Assembly (NCBI RefSeq): GCF_000016745.1 | Contig: NC_009483.1 | Coordinates: 960,001 to 992,000 of the forward strand | Direction: 5' to 3' | Source of the DNA: Geotalea uraniireducens Rf4 | Lineage (GTDB): Bacteria; Desulfobacterota; Desulfuromonadia; Geobacterales; Geobacteraceae | DNA length: 32,000 nt | Shown here: piece by piece, positions 17,200 through 25,848 of the stretch | Layout: every line of letters begins with the position of its first letter | How positions within the stretch are numbered: position 1 is the stretch's first letter | The notes under the pieces: model-generated | What the model was told of the DNA's origin: nothing | What the model saw: only the letters and a program-made list of their open reading frames with translations | Databases searched by the model: none | Translations under genes and position numbers: made by a program

Positions 17200-18140
17200 T
17201 GGCGGGGATGCGCATCATTTTCATGGGGACGCCGGAATTCGCCTGTCCCACGCTGCAAAAGCTGCTCGACCGGGGCGAAGACGTGATTGCGGTCATCACA
17301 CAGCCGGACCGGCCGAAAGGCCGCGGCCAGCAGACACTGCCGCCGCCGGTGAAGGTGCTGGCCGAAAGGCACGGCATCCCGGTCATGCAGCCGCTCAAGG
17401 TGCGCGTGCCGGAGGTGGTCGAGAGCATCCGCTCGCTGGCGCCCGACCTGATCGTGGTGGTCGCCTTCGGCCAGATCCTCCCCAAGAGCCTGCTCGACAT
17501 ACCGAAATACGGCTGCATCAATGTCCATGCCTCGCTGCTTCCCCGCTGGCGCGGCGCGGCGCCGCTCAACTGGTGCATCATCAACGGCGAGACCGAGACC
17601 GGCGTCACCACCATGATGATGGACGTTGGGCTCGATACGGGCGATATGCTGGTGAAAAGGTCGACCCCTATCGATCCCGACGAGAATACCCAGTCGCTCC
17701 ATGACCGACTGTCGGTTGTCGGCGCAGAAGCCCTGGCCGAGACGCTCGATCTCCTCACGGCGGGGAAACTGGTCCGGGAGAAGCAGGACGATGCCCTTAC
17801 CTGCTATGCGCCGATGCTGAAGAAGGAAGACGGCCTCATCGATTGGAGCAAGGAACCGCAGACGATCAAGAACCTGGTGCGGGGGATGACCCCCTGGCCC
17901 GGCGCATTCAGTTTCCTGGACGGCAAGATGCTGAAGATCTACCGGGTCGGGACCGCCGGTGGCGAAGGGACGCCGGGCAGCGTCATCCGGGCCGGACGCG
18001 AAGGGCTGGAAGTTGCCTGTAGCGGCGGCAGCATCGTCATCGAGGAATTGCAACTGGAAGGCAAAAAAAGGCTTCACGCCGGTGATTTTTTGGCCGGCTA
18101 CAAGATAGCACCTGGGTCTATCCTGGGGAAAAAGGACTGA
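17199..18140 (+). CDS. fmt: Methionyl-tRNA formyltransferase
   Basis: MAGMRIIFMGTPEFACPTLQKLL...VITQPDRPKGRGQ...NVHASLLPRWRGAAPLNW. The ATG overlaps the def stop (TAATG). Confidence 0.95.
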   Translation: MAGMRIIFMGTPEFACPTLQKLLDRGEDVIAVITQPDRPKGRGQQTLPPPVKVLAERHGIPVMQPLKVRVPEVVESIRSLAPDLIVVVAFGQILPKSLLDIPKYGCINVHASLLPRWRGAAPLNWCIINGETETGVTTMMMDVGLDTGDMLVKRSTPIDPDENTQSLHDRLSVVGAEALAETLDLLTAGKLVREKQDDALTCYAPMLKKEDGLIDWSKEPQTIKNLVRGMTPWPGAFSFLDGKMLKIYRVGTAGGEGTPGSVIRAGREGLEVACSGGSIVIEELQLEGKKRLHAGDFLAGYKIAPGSILGKKD

Positions 18141-18142
18141 GT

Positions 18143-18913
18143 TTGACTGACAAGCATTCATCGAATACCCCCCCTCGCAAACGCGTGTTTGTGGCATTGA
18201 TGGGAGTTACCTGCTTTTTCATCGTCGGCGTTATCTACCTGTTCTGGTGGGTGCCGACCAAGGGGCTTGCCAATATTCACCCGGATCTGCCGCGGATGGC
18301 CGGGCTTCTTTTCGGCGCACTGTCGGGCATCGCCCTGCTCGGGACCCTGCTCCTGGTCATGACCACGGCGCTGGGGAAGGATATCCTCTTCACCCGCTTC
18401 ATGCGCGGAGTGGTGATCAAGTTCCTCCTGCCGGTGATCGAGTTCATCGGCACGACCGTCGGCATCTCCAAGGACACCATCCGCCAGTCGTTTGTTGCCA
18501 TGAACAACAGCCTGGTGACTTCGCAACGGCTGAAGGTGAGGCCGGACCGGATTCTCATCCTGCTCCCCCACTGCCTGCAGCTCTTTGACTGCGAAATCAA
18601 GGTGACCGGCGACATCAACAAATGCATCCGCTGTGGCCGTTGCGACATCAAGGGGCTGGCGGAACTGGCCCAGAAATACAGGATCGATATCTCCGTCGCC
18701 ACCGGCGGGACCCTGGCGCGGAAGGTCATCATAGAGAAGAGGCCCAAGCTGGTGGTGGCGGTTGCCTGCGAACGGGACCTGACCTCCGGCATCAAGGACT
18801 GCTATCCGCTACCGGTTATCGGCGTTCTCAACGACCGGCCGTTCGGCCCCTGCTTCAATACCAGCGTCGATGTGGAAAAGATCGAAGAGGCGCTGCAGTC
18901 GGTCCTTGGCTGA
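18143..18913 (+). CDS. DUF116 domain-containing membrane protein
   Basis: It has N-terminal TM helices, then ...LLPHCLQ...C.IKVTGD...C..CG.C.IKGL...A...VATGGTLARK.I....P..VVAVACERDL..GI, which I recognise as DUF116. It has a TTG start at 18143 (or the internal ATG at MGVTCFF) and the conserved position after fmt. Confidence 0.7.
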   Translation: MTDKHSSNTPPRKRVFVALMGVTCFFIVGVIYLFWWVPTKGLANIHPDLPRMAGLLFGALSGIALLGTLLLVMTTALGKDILFTRFMRGVVIKFLLPVIEFIGTTVGISKDTIRQSFVAMNNSLVTSQRLKVRPDRILILLPHCLQLFDCEIKVTGDINKCIRCGRCDIKGLAELAQKYRIDISVATGGTLARKVIIEKRPKLVVAVACERDLTSGIKDCYPLPVIGVLNDRPFGPCFNTSVDVEKIEEALQSVLG

Positions 18914-18940
18914 GTCGTCGATAAGAAAGGTCGCCGGGAA

Positions 18941-19951
18941 ATGAAGAGTTTAAAGTCCGCAGCGTGGGAGAATCAGGGCAGCCCCGCTCTGCCCATCGGG
19001 TTTATTCTCCCCGCTCTGCTGGTTGTTCTCGTTGTCACGCTCTTCTGCGCTTCTCCCGCGTCAGCCGCCGGGAAAATCACCGCCTACCACCCCATTTTCA
19101 AACCTTGCCGCGACGCCGGCGGGGCCTTGCAAATAATTATCCGCCAGTATCAGGTCGACGGCGTTCCCCACGTTCTCCTCGTCAATCCAGCCACCCTTGA
19201 AACCTCGGTCGCTAAAGCCGTCAGCCTGACGGACGCAGGGAGCGCAGAAGCGAAAACCATAGCTAACTCTCCCTTTGTCGCGGCTCTGGAGCGCAATACT
19301 GCGCCCCCCTGCAAATTGCAGAACCATGGTGCGACCCGCAGCAGCAGGCCGGTTGACGGCCTGTTCCTGACCGTCGACATGTGCCCGTCGAAAAGGCCGT
19401 TCGAGCAGGAGATGTTCACTGCGGTGGCGGAACTTTCCCGCAAGGGGGGCGGGCCGGTTCCCCTGGCCGTGGCCATGACCGGGGCCTGGCTGGAACTGCA
19501 TCGGGACGATCTTGCCTGGATAAAGGGGGCGGTGGCTGCCGGCAAGCTGGCGATCACCTGGGTCAACCATTCCAACAGCCACCCATACGAGCCAAAGGTG
19601 CCGCTCACGCGGAACTTTCTCCTTAGCCCCGGCGTGGATTTCGAGCGGGAGGTTCTTTCCACCGAGCTGCTTCTCCTGGAAAACGGCCTCGTCCCTTCGC
19701 CGTTTTTCCGCTTTCCCGGCCTCGTTGCCGACGGCAGGCTGTTGACAAAGCTGCGGGAGCTTTCGCTGATCCCCATCGGCAGCGATGCATGGCTGGCCAA
19801 GGGGGAATCGCCCCAAAACGGGAGCTTCATCCTCGTGCACGGCAACGGCAATGAACCGCAGGGGATAAGAAAGCTGCTGCCGCTCTTACGGGAAGAAAAG
19901 CCGCTCCGGCTGCTCCCCCTCAGGGAAGCTTTCGCCGGTGTAAAGCGTTAG
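18941..19951 (+). CDS. Polysaccharide deacetylase-family protein (membrane-anchored or secreted)
   Basis: 336-aa ORF with an N-terminal TM/signal (LPALLVVLVVTLFCASPASAAG) and motifs compatible with the NodB/polysaccharide deacetylase fold (LTVDMCPS, VNHSNSH, FFRFPG). Confidence 0.5.
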   Translation: MKSLKSAAWENQGSPALPIGFILPALLVVLVVTLFCASPASAAGKITAYHPIFKPCRDAGGALQIIIRQYQVDGVPHVLLVNPATLETSVAKAVSLTDAGSAEAKTIANSPFVAALERNTAPPCKLQNHGATRSSRPVDGLFLTVDMCPSKRPFEQEMFTAVAELSRKGGGPVPLAVAMTGAWLELHRDDLAWIKGAVAAGKLAITWVNHSNSHPYEPKVPLTRNFLLSPGVDFEREVLSTELLLLENGLVPSPFFRFPGLVADGRLLTKLRELSLIPIGSDAWLAKGESPQNGSFILVHGNGNEPQGIRKLLPLLREEKPLRLLPLREAFAGVKR

Positions 19952-19988
19952 CGCTTCGGCGCTCAGAATAGAAGTGAGGGAGTTTTGC

Positions 19989-20912
19989 ATGGACAACGGA
20001 TCACGTACCATCGCCACTGCTGTGGGGAATACGCCGCTGATCGAACTGGCCGCCATCAATCCAAATCCGCGGGTGAGGATCTTTGCCAAGCTGGAAGGGA
20101 ACAACCCCGGCGGTTCGGTGAAGGACCGGCCGGCTCTTTATATGCTGAGCAAAGCGGAACAGTACGGCGAACTCACCCATGAGAAAACCGTCCTCGAACC
20201 GACCTCGGGCAACACCGGCATCGCCCTTGCCATGTTCGGCGCGGCAAAGGGGTACCGGGTAAAGCTCGTCATGCCTGCCTGCGTCAGCATGGAGCGGCGC
20301 AGCGTTTTGGAGGCCTACGGCGCAGAAGTAGTGCTTTCCCCGGCCGATGAAGCCACGGACGGCGCCATCCGTCTTGCCCACCAGATTCTGAAGGAGGAGC
20401 CGGAGCGCTATTACATGCCCAATCAGTACGCCAATCCCAACAACGTCCTCGCTCACTATGAGACCACGGGGCCGGAGATCTACCGCCAGACCGGCGGCGA
20501 GGTTGACATGTTCATAGCCGGCATGGGGACCGGCGGCACCCTGATGGGGGTCGGCAGATACCTGAAGGAGCAGAAACCGACGGTGCGCATCATCGGCGTG
20601 GAACCGCGGCTCGGGCACAAGGTCCAGGGGCTGAAGAACATGAAGGAGGCGATCGTGCCGGAAATCTACCGGGAAGAGAAGCTGGACGGCAAGATAACCG
20701 TCGAGGACGAGATCGCTTTTGAAACAGCCCGGCAGCTCGCCGTCAGGGAAGGGCTGTTCGTCGGCATGTCCAGCGGCGCTGCCGTGGCAGGAGCCCTGGA
20801 GATGGCAAAAACGATGGAGTCAGGGACCATCGTCACCCTCCTGCCGGACCGGGGGGACCGCTACCTGAGTACTTCACTCTTCCGCTCGGTCTGCGCCTGC
20901 TGCCCGCCGTAG
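19989..20912 (+). CDS. cysM: Cysteine synthase (CysM-like PLP enzyme) with a Cys-rich C-terminal tail
   Basis: GNTPLIEL...KLEGNNPGGSVKDRPA...EPTSGNTGIALA...GMGTGGT...SSGAAVAGAL...DRGDRYLST aligns closely by eye with E. coli CysM. The ATG at 19989 is preceded by GAGGGAG. The tail is ...SLFRSVCACCPP. Confidence 0.85.
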   Translation: MDNGSRTIATAVGNTPLIELAAINPNPRVRIFAKLEGNNPGGSVKDRPALYMLSKAEQYGELTHEKTVLEPTSGNTGIALAMFGAAKGYRVKLVMPACVSMERRSVLEAYGAEVVLSPADEATDGAIRLAHQILKEEPERYYMPNQYANPNNVLAHYETTGPEIYRQTGGEVDMFIAGMGTGGTLMGVGRYLKEQKPTVRIIGVEPRLGHKVQGLKNMKEAIVPEIYREEKLDGKITVEDEIAFETARQLAVREGLFVGMSSGAAVAGALEMAKTMESGTIVTLLPDRGDRYLSTSLFRSVCACCPP

Positions 20913-20946
20913 CGTCGCGGTCCAATTGCTGCGGCCGGGGGGCCAG

Positions 20947-21279
20947 ATGCAGTTCATAGTCAAGCTTCTCCTCACCAACCTGATCATCATCGCCTGCACC
21001 CAGATCGGCAGGAAATTCTCCACGCTGGGGGGGCTGATCGCCACCATGCCGCTCACAAGCCTCATTGTCCTCCTTTGGCTTTACAGCGACAATCCCGGCG
21101 ACCATCGTCTGATGACCGACTTCACCAGAGGGGTGTTGTGGGGGATCGTCCCGACCATCCTCTTTTTCGCCGTCGCCCTCGTCTGTTTCCGTCGCCAGCT
21201 TCCGCTGCCGCTCGTTCTCGGCGCAGCTTCCGCCGCCTGGCTTATGGGCGCGGCCGTTCACCAGTGGCTCCTAAAGTAG
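20947..21279 (+). CDS. DUF3147-like small membrane protein
   Basis: 110 aa with 4 predicted TM helices. MQFIVKLLLTNLIIIACTQIGRKFSTLGGLIATMPLTSLIVLLWLY matches my recollection of DUF3147. Confidence 0.55.
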   Translation: MQFIVKLLLTNLIIIACTQIGRKFSTLGGLIATMPLTSLIVLLWLYSDNPGDHRLMTDFTRGVLWGIVPTILFFAVALVCFRRQLPLPLVLGAASAAWLMGAAVHQWLLK

Positions 21280-21287
21280 GTAAAACG

Positions 21288-22211
21288 ATGGTTTCCTTTG
21301 CGTCTTTGCGCCTTTGCGCGATTGCCCTCTTCTGTCTTTTCAGCCTTTCCGCACCCTGTTTCGCCGGGGAGCCCGCGCCGCGCTACGCCGTGGCGGAGAT
21401 GCCGACGCCGGTGCTCAATACTCCCGACATCGCCGCGGTGTTCGGCGGGAGGGACGGAAGGACCCTGCAGGCGGACAACTGCGGCCAGCTGCGCGCCATG
21501 GAGTTCGTTGCCCTGCCCGGAACGGTCTTCACCATCGAGGCGGAACAAACGAAGGGAAAGCTCCGTGTCTACCGGGTGACCACCGCCGATTATCCGTACC
21601 CGTCGAAAAAAGGGTATTTCATCGACAGCCGCCTGGTCAGGATAACTGAGAAAAAGCCGCCTGAGCGCCCACGGCAGCTGCCGCCTAAGGAAACGGTGAT
21701 CGACAACCTCCTGGCAGCGAAGGGGAGCCGTTACGTCTGGGGGGGCAACGTCCGCAGCGGTTTGCCGCAGATGCTCTCCCTCTATCCGCCTGCCGGCAGT
21801 GTGCCTCTGCCCTCGGAAACTGCCGCCATGTGGCGACTGCACGGGGTTGACTGCTCCGGCCTTTTATACGAGGCGACCGGCGGCTTCACCCCGCGCAACA
21901 CCAGCGCCCTCATCGGTTACGGCAAGGGTGTGGAGATCGCCGGCTTGAGTCCGGAGCGGATCATCGGGCGGGTGGAGCCGCTCGACCTGATCGTCTGGCA
22001 GGGACACGTGATCATCATCCTCGACCGGGAGCGGACCATAGAGAGCCGTCTCGATTGCGGCGGCAAAAACGGCGGGGTGGTGGTCCGGCCGCTTCAAGAG
22101 GCCCTGGCCGGGGTAATGACGGGGCGGATGGCGGTCGATGATTACGCGGATGCTGCGAAACGGGGAAAGAAGGGGTTCGTCATCAGGCGCTGGTACGAAA
22201 CGGTCCGCTAA
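21288..22211 (+). CDS. NlpC/P60 (C40) family cell-wall peptidase with N-terminal SH3-like domain
   Basis: It has a signal peptide MVSFASLRLCAIALFCLFSLSAPCFA. The catalytic region is GSRYVWGGN...GVDCSGLLY...LDLIVWQGHVIII (Cys and His motifs of C40 peptidases). Confidence 0.8.
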   Translation: MVSFASLRLCAIALFCLFSLSAPCFAGEPAPRYAVAEMPTPVLNTPDIAAVFGGRDGRTLQADNCGQLRAMEFVALPGTVFTIEAEQTKGKLRVYRVTTADYPYPSKKGYFIDSRLVRITEKKPPERPRQLPPKETVIDNLLAAKGSRYVWGGNVRSGLPQMLSLYPPAGSVPLPSETAAMWRLHGVDCSGLLYEATGGFTPRNTSALIGYGKGVEIAGLSPERIIGRVEPLDLIVWQGHVIIILDRERTIESRLDCGGKNGGVVVRPLQEALAGVMTGRMAVDDYADAAKRGKKGFVIRRWYETVR

Positions 22212-22242
22212 CCTGCCGGAACTTTGTCTGTAAATTCAAGTC

Positions 22243-22268
22243 GGGGCACCCTGTGGTGCCCCTTTTTT
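22243..22268 (+). terminator. Rho-independent terminator after the NlpC/P60 gene
   Basis: GGGGCACC-ctgt-GGTGCCCC (8-bp perfect stem) followed by TTTTTT, 32 nt after the stop codon. Confidence 0.85.
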
Positions 22269-22395
22269 ATTGGGATTACAATTACGACTTATTCTGTCAC
22301 AGACCCGTGGTAAGGTATTTTTGTTTTTAAATTGCCAATGTTCTTGGTGTGGTGTAATTGATAATGGCTAATTTTTTGGTGTCAGATGCGGTGTG

Positions 22396-22446
22396 GTAGG
22401 GGCGGGGTTTCCCCGACCTGGTTTCCCCGCCCTGTTCTCCACGCCT
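22396..22446 (+). repeat. GTAG-REP palindrome plus degenerate 14-mer echoes, upstream of the transposase gene
   Basis: GTAGGGGCGGGGTTTCCCCGACCT GGTTTCCCCGCCCT GTTCTCCACGCCT. The hairpin is GGGGCGGGG-ttt-CCCCG(A/C)CC, preceded by the GTAG tetranucleotide. Confidence 0.8.
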
Positions 22447-22487
22447 TGATTTGTGGGACGGCGGCGACACACTGAACGGGGCTGAAC

Positions 22488-23102
22488 ATGAAACATAATC
22501 CTGACATTCATCATAGGCAATCCATCCGGCTGGCGGGGTACGATTATGCCGCCCCTGGCGCATACTTTGTTACTGTCTGTGCCCTGAACCGGGAATTTCT
22601 TTTCGGCCATATTCTCGCCGGCGACATGGTCTTGAACGATGCGGGCCGGATGGTGGAGAAATGGTGGCAGGGGGTGCCGGAGCATTTCCCGAACGTGCTG
22701 TTGGATGCATTCGTCATCATGCCGAACCATTTTCATGGGATCGTCCAAATAGAAAATGTAGGGGCGGGGTCTCCCTGTGTGATCGTTAACATGGAAAATG
22801 TAGGGGCGGGGTCTCCCCGCCCGATTTTAGGACCCGGCGGCGAACCTCCGGACAGGCAACCCCAGGGCGGGGTGACCCCGCCCCTACGAGCGACCCTTGG
22901 GCAGATTGTTGGATATTTTAAATATCAGACGACGAAGCAAATCAATCAGCTGCGGGATAATCCCGGCGTTCCGGTCTGGCAGCGCAATTATTACGAACGG
23001 GTTATTCGGGACGACGAGGAATTGGCCACAATCCGGGAATACATCCGGTTCAACCCCGTTAAATGGGCGGAAGATGCGGAAAACCCCGCTGTGCACCCGT
23101 AG
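22488..23102 (+). CDS. Y1/HUH transposase, IS200-like / REP-associated tyrosine transposase (RAYT)-like
   Basis: 204 aa. The translation reads ...HHRQSIRLAGYDYAAPGAYFVTVCALNREFLFG...AFVIMPNHFHGIV (HUH motif, nt 22728-22736) ...WQRNYYERVIRDDEEL (catalytic Tyr region, ~22989). A REP-derived insert lies between the two motifs. Confidence 0.8.
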   Translation: MKHNPDIHHRQSIRLAGYDYAAPGAYFVTVCALNREFLFGHILAGDMVLNDAGRMVEKWWQGVPEHFPNVLLDAFVIMPNHFHGIVQIENVGAGSPCVIVNMENVGAGSPRPILGPGGEPPDRQPQGGVTPPLRATLGQIVGYFKYQTTKQINQLRDNPGVPVWQRNYYERVIRDDEELATIREYIRFNPVKWAEDAENPAVHP

Positions 23103-23113
23103 AACCCCATATT

Positions 23114-23240
23114 GTAGGGGCGGGGTCCCCCCGCCCGGTCACCGTCTGCACCGTCGGCGTCGTAACCCATAACCGTAGGGGCGGGGTTTCCCCGCCCTGG
23201 TTTCCCCGCCCTGGTTTCCCCGCCCTGGTTTCCCCGCCCG
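23114..23240 (+). repeat. Two GTAG-REP palindromes, the second extended by four tandem 14-mers
   Basis: GTAGGGGCGGGGTCCCCCCGCCC (23114-23136), and GTAGGGGCGGGGTTTCCCCGCCCT followed by further GGTTTCCCCGCCC(T/G) units (four tandem 14-mers in total, 23185-23240). Orientation is the same as the copy at 22396. Confidence 0.85.
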
Positions 23241-23283
23241 ATCAGTAGGTATGCGAATCTGTTGGAATAATGATGGAGGAGAG

Positions 23284-25848
23284 ATGAACGATTTACCGAC
23301 ATATTTCGGTTTTTGGGCAAAGACTACTCCAGAGGGGAAACCCGGCATTTCAGTTTATGACCACATGCTGAATGTAGGGTGCGTGGCACGCTGTATTGCT
23401 GAAACCTCGCCGAAAATCCTTGAGCGGTTTCATTTAGAGTCATCGATGGTAGGCGCTCTTGCAGCACTTCATGACCTTGGCAAGATATCACCCGGTTTTC
23501 AGCGAAAATGTGATGCGTGGCTTGAAGAATACGGGCTGAATATAATTGCCCGAAACGGTTGCTGGGATACGGCAATGGAATCGGATCACGGCAAGATATC
23601 CCACGCGGCAATACATGCGTTTCTCATTGAGACAGGTATGGATCGGAAGACGGCCAAGTTCGCTTCTGCCGTGCTTGGTGCCCATCACGGGCGGCTGACC
23701 CCGCCCAATGATCGTGGCTATCGTCCTCAGAAGCTGATATCAGACTCAGCAAGCAAAATTGATTGGGATAATGAGCGCAAAGAGAATGCGAGAATGACAT
23801 GGGCTCATTTTTCTGGCAGTAGTGCCGAATTCTCACTATCCGATGATTCTCCCGCCCTTTGGTGGCTTGCCGGGCTTACCTCCGTTGCCGACTGGATAGG
23901 ATCGGATGAACGATTCTTCTCTCCGGAGCGCCGGGCGAGTGATGAAGACGTCACCACTCTTGCCCGTATGGCGCTTGATGCTATCGGTTTTCTTCCTCCA
24001 ATTATCAACACAAACCACTCGTTTGAATCTATCTTTGATTTCCCCTCCAACGATATGCAGGCAAAAGCGCTTGCTACCATTACCGGACCCGGTGTCTATG
24101 TCATTGAAGCGCCAATGGGTATGGGGAAGACCGAGGCTGCTCTCGGCGCAGCCTATCAATTGATGGTTTCCGGGAAGGCGAACGGGATTTACTTCGCACT
24201 TCCCACCCAGGCAACAAGTAACCGTATTCATCTGCGCATGAATGAATTCTTGCGACGCATAGCCCCGGAAGCACAGGCAAGCCGACTAATTCACGGTAAT
24301 TCATGGCTCATGCAAACTGATTTCGGGATTTGTCCGGCAGCGACCGGCAAGAAAGAAGCAACTACAGATGATGCACGTGCTGGAAGGGACTGGTTTGCTT
24401 CGGCAAAAAGAGCGCTCATAGCACCTTTTGGCGTCGGTACTGTTGACCAGGCGTTACTTGGCGTTGTGGCGGCGAAGCATTTCTTTGTAAGGCATTTTGC
24501 TTTAGCAGGCAAAGTGGTGATACTCGATGAGATACATTCCTACGACCTCTATACGGGGACGCTGATTGACAAACTCATCACGACCCTTGAAGGGCTGGGC
24601 TGTACGGTGATTGTCTTATCTGCAACCCTCACAGGAAAGCGGCGTGGACAGATGGTCTCTTGTCAGGGAGATTTGGCGGATGAAGCCGAACGCCCTTATC
24701 CGCTCATTACCGGTCGCAATGAAGGGCAAACATTTGTACCTGTTGCTGCAAAACCGCCAGCATCGCGAAGTGTCACGGTTGAATTCAGGGCAGTGGATGC
24801 TGCGACAGAAGAGGCTATCAGGGTTGCGCGTAACGGTGGTGCGGTGCTCTGGATTTGCAATACCGTGAGTGCGGCGCAGAAGCAATACCGAAGTTTCAAA
24901 GGGTTGGAATTCCCTGTCGGCCTTCTCCACTCGCGGTTCCCTTTCTGGCAGCGTGAAAAACTTGAAGTCGAATGGATGGAACGGTTCGGCAAGAAAGGAA
25001 CAACCCGTTGCGGTTCAATTCTTGTCTCCACTCAAGTTGTTGAGCAGAGCGTTGATCTTGACGCTGATCTCATGATCACCGAACTTGCTCCCACCGACAT
25101 GCTTTTGCAACGCCTCGGACGGCTCTGGCGGCATGACCGGAAGCAGCGTCCTGTTGATGTGGCAAGGCTTTGCATTATTGAAGAAGATAAGAGTCTTGAG
25201 GAATTCCAAATTATGGAGCCAAAGGCGATTATGAAGTCGCTTGGCAGTAAGGCAAAAGTGTACGCTCCATTCATTCTTCTCCGTTCACTTGAAGTCTGGA
25301 AAGCACAGACACAACCGGTATCAATTCCGTCGCAAATTCGTCAGTTGATTGAATCGACATACATGGAACGAGATACAGATCCTGATTCGTGGCAAGAGCT
25401 CTTCAACGAGTGGTTCGGAACGGATTCAGCAAAGGAAATGATCGCCACGCGAAATTGCAATATCTGGCAGGTGGCGCTCAATGATGAAGAAGGCGTACAG
25501 ACCCGCCTTAACGAGATGCCAACAATTCCGCTGGTGCTCTGTCGAGCTTTGTCGGAGAAAGAGGCTGTTTTCGTGGATAGGTCAAAAGGGCAAGTAGGGG
25601 GTGACGATTATCTGCTGGCTGTGGCGCAGGCCATTCATCGGAATCTGGTAAGGGTTCCACGCTATTTGTTCGTTTGTGTAGATACCTGTCCGGCTTTCTC
25701 TACGTATCTCTACGGAGAGCAGAGTATCGGAATCGTTGAAGATGACGAAACCGTGGTTGTGAATGGCTTGAAGAGTGGCATCCGGCTTAGTTATTCAGAC
25801 GCGTTAGGTCTTGCTATCGAAAAAACATCTGGAAAGGAGGAGATATGA
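23284..25848 (+). CDS. cas3: CRISPR-associated helicase/endonuclease Cas3 (HD + SF2 helicase), type I-E
   Basis: The start MNDLPTYFGFWAKT is preceded by GGAGGAG. HD-domain motifs are present (YDHML, LAALHDLGK, DHGKISH, GAHHG), as are Walker A (APMGMGKTEAAL), the DEIH box (VILDEIHSYD) and a C-terminal domain. The product is 854 aa. Confidence 0.92.
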   Translation: MNDLPTYFGFWAKTTPEGKPGISVYDHMLNVGCVARCIAETSPKILERFHLESSMVGALAALHDLGKISPGFQRKCDAWLEEYGLNIIARNGCWDTAMESDHGKISHAAIHAFLIETGMDRKTAKFASAVLGAHHGRLTPPNDRGYRPQKLISDSASKIDWDNERKENARMTWAHFSGSSAEFSLSDDSPALWWLAGLTSVADWIGSDERFFSPERRASDEDVTTLARMALDAIGFLPPIINTNHSFESIFDFPSNDMQAKALATITGPGVYVIEAPMGMGKTEAALGAAYQLMVSGKANGIYFALPTQATSNRIHLRMNEFLRRIAPEAQASRLIHGNSWLMQTDFGICPAATGKKEATTDDARAGRDWFASAKRALIAPFGVGTVDQALLGVVAAKHFFVRHFALAGKVVILDEIHSYDLYTGTLIDKLITTLEGLGCTVIVLSATLTGKRRGQMVSCQGDLADEAERPYPLITGRNEGQTFVPVAAKPPASRSVTVEFRAVDAATEEAIRVARNGGAVLWICNTVSAAQKQYRSFKGLEFPVGLLHSRFPFWQREKLEVEWMERFGKKGTTRCGSILVSTQVVEQSVDLDADLMITELAPTDMLLQRLGRLWRHDRKQRPVDVARLCIIEEDKSLEEFQIMEPKAIMKSLGSKAKVYAPFILLRSLEVWKAQTQPVSIPSQIRQLIESTYMERDTDPDSWQELFNEWFGTDSAKEMIATRNCNIWQVALNDEEGVQTRLNEMPTIPLVLCRALSEKEAVFVDRSKGQVGGDDYLLAVAQAIHRNLVRVPRYLFVCVDTCPAFSTYLYGEQSIGIVEDDETVVVNGLKSGIRLSYSDALGLAIEKTSGKEEI

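Larger units (their letters stand above)
22396..23240 (+). mobile_element. REP/RAYT unit: Y1 transposase gene flanked by same-strand REP hairpins (IS200-like geometry)
   Basis: Direct copies of the same GTAG hairpin lie 43 nt upstream and 12 nt downstream of the transposase ORF. Mobility is not demonstrated. Confidence 0.5.

Noticed and set aside
16941-18197. 418-aa ORF on the - strand
   Set aside because: It is antisense to def and fmt, both of which carry unmistakable catalytic motifs.
22327-22748. - strand ORFs 22327..22563 and 22368..22748, plus 22991..23348 - ORFs
   Set aside because: They run through REP palindromes (giving GKPGRGNPAPT-type peptides) and are antisense to the transposase gene.
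23185-23240. Tandem repeats upstream of cas3 considered as a mini CRISPR array
   Set aside because: The units are 14 nt, directly abutting with no spacers, and are simply the 3' half of the REP palindrome.
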